Shown here: positions 18,627 through 25,682 of the stretch, piece by piece
Position numbering within the stretch: the first letter of the stretch is position 1
Layout of the letters: each line of letters begins with the position of its first letter
NCBI GenBank assembly: GCA_963677895.2
Contig: CAXXGJ010000035.1
Location: 1-25,682, forward strand
Direction: 5' to 3'
DNA: 25,682 nt
Source: Treponemataceae bacterium
Lineage (GTDB): Bacteria > Spirochaetota > Spirochaetia > Treponematales > Rectinemataceae
The notes under the pieces: model-generated
Databases searched by the model: none
What the model was told of the DNA's origin: nothing
What the model saw: the letters and a program-made list of their open reading frames with translations, nothing else
Translations under genes and position numbers: made by a program

Positions 18627-19611
18627 CTAGCCGAAGGCCGCAACCTTCTTGATGAGGCGCACCAGCTGATGGGTGAACCCGGCCTCGTTGTCATAACAGA
18701 CGATGAGCTTCACCTGGGTGCCATCCATGACCGTGGTCAGCGGGGCGTCCACCACGCCGCCAAAGGTGCTGCCCACATAGTCCACGGAGACAAGGGGCTC
18801 CTCGGTGTAGCCGAAGCTCTCGTTGGCCGCGGCCTTCATGGCGGCGTTGACCGCTTCCTTGGTGGTGGGCTTCTCCACCTCGCACACCAGATCCACGATG
18901 GACACGTCCGGGGAGGGCACGCGGATGCAGAACCCGTCCAGCTTGCCCGCCAGGGCCGGGATGACCAGGGAAATGGCCTTGGCCGCGCCGGTGGTGGTGG
19001 GCACCATGTTCACGGCTGCCGCCCGGCCGCGCCGGATGTCCTTGTGGGAGCCGTCGTGCAGGCGCTGGTCCATGGTGTAGGAATGGATGGTGGTCATGAG
19101 CCCGTGCTTGATGCCGAAGGCCTCGTGCAGGGCCTTGGCCGCCGGAGCCAGGCAGTTGGTGGTGCAGCTGGCGTTGGACACGAAGCGGTGCTCGGGCTTC
19201 AGGTCGCCGTCGTTGACGCCGATGACGATGGTGGAATCCATTTCCTTGCCCGGCGCGCTGACGATGACCTTCTTGGCCCCGCAGGCGATGTGCTTCTCGC
19301 AGCCCGCGCGGTCGTTCAGCTTGCCCGTGGACTCGATGACCAGGTCCACGCCCAGGTCCTTCCAGATCCACTCGCCCGGGGCGTTGCGCGTGACGACCAC
19401 CTGGCGGCCGTCAATGAGCATGCCCTCGTCGTTGGCCTCCACGCGCAGGAAGCGCCCGTGCACGGAGTCGTATTTGAGCAGGTGCGCCAGGACCTTGTTC
19501 TCGGCCCGGGCGTTGATGGCCACCAGTTCGACGTCCTTTCTCGTCGGCCAGGAGGCGGGTCAGGCAGCGGCCGATGCGGCCAAATCCGTTGATGCCAATT
19601 CTCGTCGCCAT
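18627..19611 (-). CDS. gap: Type I glyceraldehyde-3-phosphate dehydrogenase, NADP-type (GapB-like) signature; +1 frameshift near 19537-19539
   Basis: [15 protein letters not shown]; then [66 protein letters not shown] and YDNEAGF. Confidence 0.93.
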
Positions 19612-19642
19612 GCGTCAGCTCCTTCGCGGGTATTCTTGCGCC

Positions 19643-20567
19643 TTAGGCCTTGCCGGAGCAGCCAAGGACGTTTCTGATCTTGCGCTGGACCATCTCCTTC
19701 ACCGCCGTGCGCGCCGGGGTGAGATACTGCCTGGGGTCGAAGTCGCCAGGGTTTTCGGTCAGGTGCTTGCGGATGACCGCCGTCATCGCCAGGCGGATGT
19801 CGGTGTCGATGTTGATCTTGCACACGGCCATGCCGGCGGCGCGGCGCAGCAGGTCCTCGGGCACGCCGCGGGCGCCGGGGATGTTGCCCGCCGAAGGCGT
19901 TGGCCATCTCCACGAACTCCTGGGGCACGCTGGACGCGCCGTGCAGCACGATGGGCACGCCCGGCAGGAGCTTGGAGACCTTGTCCAGACGGTCGAAGTC
20001 CAGCTTGGCCTCGCCCTTGAACTTGTAGGCCCCGTGGCTGGTGCCGATGGCGATGGCCAGGGAGTCGCAGCCGGTGCGGGTGACGAAGTCGGCAGCCTGT
20101 TCAGGATCGGTGTATATGTGCTCGGCGGAGCTCACGTCCTCTTCCACGCCCGCCAGGCGGCCAAGCTCGGCCTCGACCCAGACGCCGCGCTCGTGGGCAT
20201 AGGCCACCACGCGTTTGGTCTGCTCGATGTTCTCCTCGTAGGGCAGGTGCGAGCCGTCGTACATCACGGAGGTGAAGCCGCCGTCGATGACGTCCTTGCA
20301 GAGTTCGAAATTGGGGCCATGGTCCAGGTGCAGCACCACAGGCAGGTTGCAGTCCTGCAGGGCGGCCTCCATGAGCTTGATGATATAGTTCTGCCCGGCG
20401 TATTTGCGCGCTCCGGCGGAGACCTGGAGGATCAGCGGAGCGTTTTCCGCCTTGCCCGCCTCCATGATGCCCTGGATGATCTCCATATTGTTCACGTTGA
20501 ACGCGCCGATGGCGTAGCCGCCTGCATAGGCCTTGGCAAACATCTCTTTGGGTGAAACGAGGGGCAT
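19643..20567 (-). CDS. fba: Class II fructose-1,6-bisphosphate aldolase; +1 frameshift near 19887-19889
   Basis: AAGGAGG RBS. YAIGAFNVNNME, VLHLDHG, GFTSVMYDGS, VEAELG, AIAIGTSHGAYK, IVLHGASSVP; then GVPED, KINIDTDIR and FDPRQYL. Confidence 0.95.
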
Positions 20568-20623
20568 GAAATCCTCCTTGGCGGTCATGAAAAAGGCTGA
20601 AACGGGTCCTTCGTGCAGTCTAA

Positions 20624-20653
20624 ATTCTTCTCATGCGACGGGTTTTCTGTCAA
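20624..20653 (-). promoter_or_regulatory. Possible sigma70 promoter for fba-gap
   Basis: Minus strand TTGACA (20653-20648), 18-nt spacer, AAGAAT (20629-20624). The -10 element is weak. Confidence 0.35.
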
Positions 20654-20660
20654 CACGCCT

Positions 20661-21413
20661 TCAGGAAAGAAGCGGGTCCAAGAGCTTGAGCGTCTCGTGA
20701 TCCGTGAAGTCGAACTTGAGCGGGGTCAGGGTGACGTAGCCCTCGGTCAAGAGCCGCCTGTCGCGGCCCTGGCTGATGCGCTCGGCCTTGAGCTCCCCGC
20801 ACATCCAGTAGTAGGGGCGTCCGCGCGGGTCGCGGCGCTCCTCGAACCAGTCCTCGTAGGCCACCCGCGTGTGCGGGCAAAGCCGCAGGCCCAGCACCTC
20901 GGCCACGGGCCGGGCCGGGAAGTTCAAATTCAGCACGCACTTCTGGGGCAGGCTGGAAAGCGGCAGCCGGGGCAGCAATTCCGCCGCGTAGGCCGCCTGG
21001 CCCGAAAGGTCCGTGGGGTTGAAGTCGTCCACGGACACAGCGAGCGCCGGAAAGCCCATGAACGCGCCCTCGGTGGCGGCGGAGACCGTGCCGGAATACA
21101 GCAGGTCCACGCCCACATTGGCGCCGGAGTTGATGCCCGAGACCACCATGTCCGGCCGGTCCTTGATGAGGGTGGACAGGGCCAGCTTCACGCAGTCCGC
21201 CGGGGTGCCGGTGACGCCCAGGCCGAAGAAGCCCTCGTCCCGGAACTCCTTCACGCGCAGGGGCGCGGAAAGCGTGATGGCGTGGCCCACAGCGGACTGC
21301 TCCGTCACCGGCGCCACCACATGGACCTCGTGTCCCGCGTTCACCAGGGCGCGGTGCATGGCGCGCAGGCCCACGGCCTGGATGCCGTCGTCGTTGGTCA
21401 GCAGGATGCGCAT
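20661..21413 (-). CDS. surE: 5'/3'-nucleotidase SurE
   Basis: MRILLTNDDGI, VVAPVTEQSAVGHAIT, GTPADCV, VVSGINSGAN, YSGTVSAA and LNLNFP. GGAG upstream of ATG 21413. Confidence 0.95.
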   Translation of the reverse strand: MRILLTNDDGIQAVGLRAMHRALVNAGHEVHVVAPVTEQSAVGHAITLSAPLRVKEFRDEGFFGLGVTGTPADCVKLALSTLIKDRPDMVVSGINSGANVGVDLLYSGTVSAATEGAFMGFPALAVSVDDFNPTDLSGQAAYAAELLPRLPLSSLPQKCVLNLNFPARPVAEVLGLRLCPHTRVAYEDWFEERRDPRGRPYYWMCGELKAERISQGRDRRLLTEGYVTLTPLKFDFTDHETLKLLDPLLS

Positions 21414-21550
21414 GGGCACTCCGGGGAACGGGCGTTCTTGGTTTGACATTGCGCGGCGCTTGAGGGCAAATGATGCGTCGCCGCCGACCCTGCCCGCTCA
21501 TGCGGCAGCGGTATAGGCGAAGTACCCCAACACGAGGGAGATGGCAAGGC

Positions 21551-22594
21551 GTGATAGCGAAAGCTGTGTACATACGGGACATTAGCCCCGGACAGACCAT
21601 ACAGGACGTCTTTCTCCTGGCCGAGGCCAGAACGGGCCAGTCGCGCAACGGGCCGTTCTGGAGCCTGGTGCTCAAGGACAAGAGCGGCCAGATGGAGGCC
21701 AAGGTCTGGAGCCCGCTCTCCCAGGCCCACCCGAACCTGGCCAGCGGACAGCTGGTGCAGGTGCGCGCCCAGGCCGCCAATTACCGCGACAAGCTGCAGT
21801 TGACCATCGACCAGCTGAGCGTGCTGGACATTGCCGAGGCGGACCTGTCCGATTTTTTGCCGCCCAGCCCGGTGGAGCCCCAGGCCCTGCTGACCGAGAT
21901 TGAAGACCTCTGCCGCCGCGAGCTGACCCACAAGCCCTGGCGCAGCCTGATGAAGAAGATTCTGCACGACGAGGAGATACGCGCGCGCCTGCTGCCCGCC
22001 ACCGGGGCCAAGGCCGTGCACCACGCCTATGCCGGGGGCCTCTTGGAGCACACCCTGGCCGTGACCCGCACCTGCCTGGCCCTCTGCGACCTCTACCCGC
22101 ACCTCGACCGGCAGATTCTGGTGGTGGCGGCCGTCCTCCACGACCTGGGCAAGGCCTGGGAGCTTTCGAGCGGCCTGTCCTGCGAGTACACCGACGCGGG
22201 GCGCCTTCTGGGCCACATCCAGCTGGGCCTCACCCGCATGGAGCCCTTCCTGGCCAAGGCCAGGGAGCTGGACGAAACGCTCATCCTGCACCTCAAGCAC
22301 ATCATCCTGAGCCACCACGGCGAATACGAGTTCGGTTCCCCCCGCAGGCCCAAGACCCCGGAGGCCTTCATCCTGCACTTCGCGGACAACATCGACGCCA
22401 AGCTGAACACCCTGGCCGGGGCCTACGCCGACCTTGAAGGCACGGAGCAGGTCTGGACGCCCTTCCAGCGCTACCTGGACCGCTACCTGTACCGCGCCCC
22501 GCACACCCCAGCCCCGGATGCGTCCGCCTCGCCGAAATCCGAGTCCCAGAAAACCGACGAGCGCTTCCTGCTCCTGCCCATGGGATCGGAATGA
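21551..22594 (+). CDS. YhaM/Cbf1-like 3'-5' exoribonuclease (OB fold plus HD domain)
   Basis: N-terminal OB fold (LVLKDKSGQMEAKVW, YRDKLQL), then HHAYAGGLLEHT, LHDLGK, GRLLGHI, HIILSHHG and ILHFADNIDAK. GTG 21551 start is inferred. Confidence 0.88.
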   Translation: MIAKAVYIRDISPGQTIQDVFLLAEARTGQSRNGPFWSLVLKDKSGQMEAKVWSPLSQAHPNLASGQLVQVRAQAANYRDKLQLTIDQLSVLDIAEADLSDFLPPSPVEPQALLTEIEDLCRRELTHKPWRSLMKKILHDEEIRARLLPATGAKAVHHAYAGGLLEHTLAVTRTCLALCDLYPHLDRQILVVAAVLHDLGKAWELSSGLSCEYTDAGRLLGHIQLGLTRMEPFLAKARELDETLILHLKHIILSHHGEYEFGSPRRPKTPEAFILHFADNIDAKLNTLAGAYADLEGTEQVWTPFQRYLDRYLYRAPHTPAPDASASPKSESQKTDERFLLLPMGSE

Positions 22595-22624
22595 CAGCGC
22601 GCAACAACCAGGACACCCACACAC

Positions 22625-23260
22625 ATGTTCATTACCTTTGAAGGCATAGAAGGCACGGGAAAGTCCACGCAGATAGCGCTGCTCAAGGCCCACCTCGAGG
22701 CCCAGGGCCGCCGCGCGCTGGTGACCTGCGAGCCGGGCGGCAGCCGCATCGGCGCGGAGCTCCGGCGCGTGCTGCTCTCCCTTGAAAACCGCGACCTCTG
22801 CCCCAGGGCCGAGCTTTTCCTCTATCTGGCCGACCGCGCCCAGCACGTGGCGCAGGTGGTGCGCCCGGCCCTGGCCGAGGGCAAGATCGTGCTCTGCGAC
22901 CGCTTCGCCGACTCCACCGTGGCCTACCAGGCCTTTGGCCGCGGCCTGGACCCGGAACTCCTGCATGGCCTGAACACCCAGGCCGTGGACGGGCTCTGGC
23001 CCGACTTGACCCTGCTGCTGGACCTGGACCCGGAGACGGGCCTGACCCGCGCCGTGACCCGCAACCGCGAGGAGGGCAAGACCGTGGCCGAGGGCCGCTT
23101 CGAGGCCGAGAGCCTGGCCTTCCACGCCCGGGTGCGCCAGGGCTACAGGACCTGGGCCGTGCGCTTTCCGGAACGCATGCGCATTGTGGACGCCAGCGGA
23201 ACAGTCGAGGAGATCGCCGCCAAGGTGCGCCACCTGGTGGAGACGCGCCTGAATGCCTGA
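22625..23260 (+). CDS. tmk: Thymidylate kinase
   Basis: [16 protein letters not shown] (P-loop), [36 protein letters not shown] and RFEAE. Confidence 0.96.
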   Translation: MFITFEGIEGTGKSTQIALLKAHLEAQGRRALVTCEPGGSRIGAELRRVLLSLENRDLCPRAELFLYLADRAQHVAQVVRPALAEGKIVLCDRFADSTVAYQAFGRGLDPELLHGLNTQAVDGLWPDLTLLLDLDPETGLTRAVTRNREEGKTVAEGRFEAESLAFHARVRQGYRTWAVRFPERMRIVDASGTVEEIAAKVRHLVETRLNA

Positions 23261-24044
23261 CCCCTTGCCCGCCACAGGTGCCAGCAAATCATGGCCCGAC
23301 GCACGCGACGGGCTTCTGTTCCTGCTGGCGGCGGCGGGCTTTCTGTGGCTGGTGGCGCGGGGCGCAGGCGCCTTGGGCTACAATTGGCAGTGGTACCGCG
23401 TTGCGGGCTACCTCTGGACCGGTGAAGGCGCTCCCGGCCCTCTGCTGCAAGGCCTGTTCTTCACCCTGAAGCTTGCGGCCCTTTCCGGCCTGGGCGCCCT
23501 GGCAGCCGGGCTCCTGGCCGCGCTGCTGCGTCTGTCCGGCTCCATGGCCGGGCGTGTGCTCGCGCGCGGCTACCTCGAGTCCGTGCGCAACACCCCGCTG
23601 CTCATCCAATTGCTGTTCCTCTACTTCGTGCTGGCCCCGGTATTGGACATGGACGCCCTGGCCACGGCCGTGCTCGGCCTGTCGCTCTTCGAGGGCGCCT
23701 ATGTGGCGGAGATCCTGCGCGCGGGCATCGTGTCCGTGGAGACCGGCCAGTGGGATGCGGCACAGAGCCTGGGCATGGGCCGCCTGGCCGCCTACCGGCT
23801 GGTGATCCTGCCCCAGGCCGTGCGCCGCGTGCTGCCGCCCCTGACCGGCCAGAGCGTGTCCCTGGTCAAGGACACCTCGCTGGCCAGCGCCATCGCCATC
23901 GGCGAATTGACCCTGCGCGGCAATGTCATCGTCTCCGAGACCTTCCTCAGTTTCGAAATTTGGTTTACAGTGGCCGCACTGTACTGGGTGGTCACCACGA
24001 CCCTGTCCAGCCTGGCCGCGACCCTGGAGCGGCGGCTGGGCTAA
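23253..24044 (+). CDS. Polar amino-acid ABC transporter permease (HisM/GlnP-like)
   Basis: [38 protein letters not shown] (EAA loop), VILPQA and LVKDTSL. Overlaps the tmk stop by 8 nt. Confidence 0.92.
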   Translation: MPDPLPATGASKSWPDARDGLLFLLAAAGFLWLVARGAGALGYNWQWYRVAGYLWTGEGAPGPLLQGLFFTLKLAALSGLGALAAGLLAALLRLSGSMAGRVLARGYLESVRNTPLLIQLLFLYFVLAPVLDMDALATAVLGLSLFEGAYVAEILRAGIVSVETGQWDAAQSLGMGRLAAYRLVILPQAVRRVLPPLTGQSVSLVKDTSLASAIAIGELTLRGNVIVSETFLSFEIWFTVAALYWVVTTTLSSLAATLERRLG

Positions 24045-24084
24045 CCCCACCTAGCCTGGGCCCGACAAAAACGGAGGACTTGCC

Positions 24085-24915
24085 ATGTTCGCGAAACGGA
24101 TCATCCCACCCCTCATGCTCCTGCTGGCCCTGGCGGCTTTCGGCTGCTCCAGGGGCGAGCAGCAAGCCCCGAAACAGGCCAGCGGGGGCGGCGCGCCGGA
24201 GCAGGTGCTGCAGCGCGGGGTGCTGCGCGTGGGCTTCTCCACCTTCGTGCCCTGGGCCATGCAGGACAAGAAGGGCGAATTCATCGGGTTCGAGATCGAC
24301 GTGGCCCGGCGCCTGGCCCAGGACATGGGCGTGAAGGTGCAATTCGAGCCCACCCAGTGGTCGGGCATCATCCCGGCCCTTTTGTCCGGCAAGTTCGACA
24401 TCATCATCGGCGGCATGAGCATCCAGCCCCAGCGCGCGCTCAAGGTCAACTTCACCATCCCCTACGAGTACTCCGGCATGTCCCTGGTGGGCGACAGGCT
24501 CAAGACCGGGAAGTTCAAGACCCTGGACGAGTTCAACCGCCCGGACATCATCCTGGCCATCCGCCAGGGCACCACCGCCGTGGACGCGGCCAAGAAATAC
24601 ATGCCCAAGGCCCAGCAGCACCTGTTCGAGCAGGAGGCGCAAACCATCCAGGAGGTGCTGAACGGACGCGCCCACGCCGTGGTGGCCTCGGACCCCTTCC
24701 CGGCCTTCCAGGCGCTCAAGTACCCGGACAGGCTGGTGCTGCCCCTGCCCGAGCCCTTCACCAGGGAGCCCATAGCCTTTGCCGTGCGCAAGGGCGACCC
24801 GGACTTCCTGAACTTCCTGGACGGCTGGATCCGCATGGTCACCGACGAGGGCTGGCTGGCCGAGCGCCACAAGTACTGGTTCCGCACCAACGCCTGGAAG
24901 GACCAGGTGGAGTAG
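24085..24915 (+). CDS. Polar amino-acid ABC transporter substrate-binding protein (family 3), probable lipoprotein
   Basis: GGAGG RBS. Signal peptide ending LAAFGC, RGVLRVG, GFEIDVA, WSGIIPALLSGKFDIIIGGMSI, GTT and AFAVRKGD. Confidence 0.92.
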   Translation: MFAKRIIPPLMLLLALAAFGCSRGEQQAPKQASGGGAPEQVLQRGVLRVGFSTFVPWAMQDKKGEFIGFEIDVARRLAQDMGVKVQFEPTQWSGIIPALLSGKFDIIIGGMSIQPQRALKVNFTIPYEYSGMSLVGDRLKTGKFKTLDEFNRPDIILAIRQGTTAVDAAKKYMPKAQQHLFEQEAQTIQEVLNGRAHAVVASDPFPAFQALKYPDRLVLPLPEPFTREPIAFAVRKGDPDFLNFLDGWIRMVTDEGWLAERHKYWFRTNAWKDQVE

Positions 24916-24924
24916 CCGCCACGG

Positions 24925-25682
24925 ATGGACGCCCCCGCCGCCCCCAGCCTCGCCTCGGCGCGCCGGTCCGCGCTGCTCGTGGACGCCGCCGTGCTTTTGT
25001 GCGTGGGCGTGGGGCTGTACTGGCTGGGCAGCCGGGCGGGCGCGCGCCTGCACTATCAGTGGAACTGGGCGGCCCTGCCGCAGTTTCTGGCCTATGCCGA
25101 CCCGCTGACGGGCGAGCTGCACGCCGGGCGGCTCTTGTCCGGCCTCTTGGCCACCATCCGCCTGAGCCTGTGGGCCGGAGCCCTGGCCTTGCTGCTGGGC
25201 ACCCTGGCCGGGCTCATGCGCATCAGCCGGCGGCTGTTCTGGCGGCTCACGGGCGGGACGTACGTGCTCTTTGTGCGCAACACCCCGCCGTTGGTGCTCA
25301 TCTTCCTGTTCTCCTACTTCCTCTCGGGCCAGCTCATCGCCGCGCTGGGCCTGGACGCCGCCCTGCTGCACCTGCCGCACGGCCTGCGCCCCGTGGCCGA
25401 GCTCCTGTTCGGCCCCCTGCGGCAGATGCCCGCGTTCCTCACGGCCATCGTCACCCTGGGGCTCATCGAGGGCGCGTACGTGGCCGAGATCGTGCGCGCG
25501 GGCGTGGAGTCCATCGAGTCCGGCCAGTGGGACGCGGCCCATGCCCTGGGCCTTTCGCGCTGGCGCACCCTGGCCTTCGTCATCCTACCCCAGGCCTTCC
25601 GGCGCATGCTGCCGCCCTTGACCGGACAGTTCGTGTCCACCCTCAAGGACTCGGCCATCGTGTCCGTCATCTCCATCCCGGA
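24925..25682 (+). CDS. Second polar amino-acid ABC transporter permease, 3'-truncated by the window edge (absent from the ORF track)
   Basis: Manual translation from ATG 24925 gives [61 protein letters not shown] and LKDSAIVSVISIP, with no stop before the edge. Confidence 0.9.
   Translation, partial: MDAPAAPSLASARRSALLVDAAVLLCVGVGLYWLGSRAGARLHYQWNWAALPQFLAYADPLTGELHAGRLLSGLLATIRLSLWAGALALLLGTLAGLMRISRRLFWRLTGGTYVLFVRNTPPLVLIFLFSYFLSGQLIAALGLDAALLHLPHGLRPVAELLFGPLRQMPAFLTAIVTLGLIEGAYVAEIVRAGVESIESGQWDAAHALGLSRWRTLAFVILPQAFRRMLPPLTGQFVSTLKDSAIVSVISIP

Noticed and set aside
21398..25542. 629-aa and 516-aa minus-strand ORFs
   Set aside because: They are antisense to yhaM-like, tmk and ABC genes and arise from GC-biased codon usage.

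Overview
GC-rich, gene-dense bacterial chromosome segment. Gene content and order suggest Desulfovibrionaceae (inference). From left to right it holds: (1) the 3' part of a translationally coupled 7-gene cluster resembling D. vulgaris DVU_1551-1556 (SAM methyltransferase, C-GCAxxG-C-C protein, Cys-rich radical SAM enzyme with Tes/MJ0619-like motifs, short PaaK-like adenylating enzyme, XdhC, histidine phosphatase, NTP-transferase/HD fusion); (2) a ~1100-aa DUF748/OmpA-like envelope protein whose last 38 bp occur in three tandem copies, followed by a terminator and a convergent Fcy1-type deaminase; (3) alaC-like aminotransferase, hom, apgM-like mutase, thioesterase and amidohydrolase; (4) minus-strand surE, fba, gap (NADP-type signature), terminator, stand-alone GAF protein, gap (NAD-type signature) and pgk; (5) yhaM-like HD nuclease, tmk and a polar amino-acid ABC transporter that runs off the window. 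About 13 inferred frameshifts are all single-base insertions, mostly in short homopolymers. They are most likely sequencing errors, so the genes are given as reconstructed CDSs. I found no tRNA, rRNA, CRISPR array or transposase. Family names come from motif recognition, not database searches.
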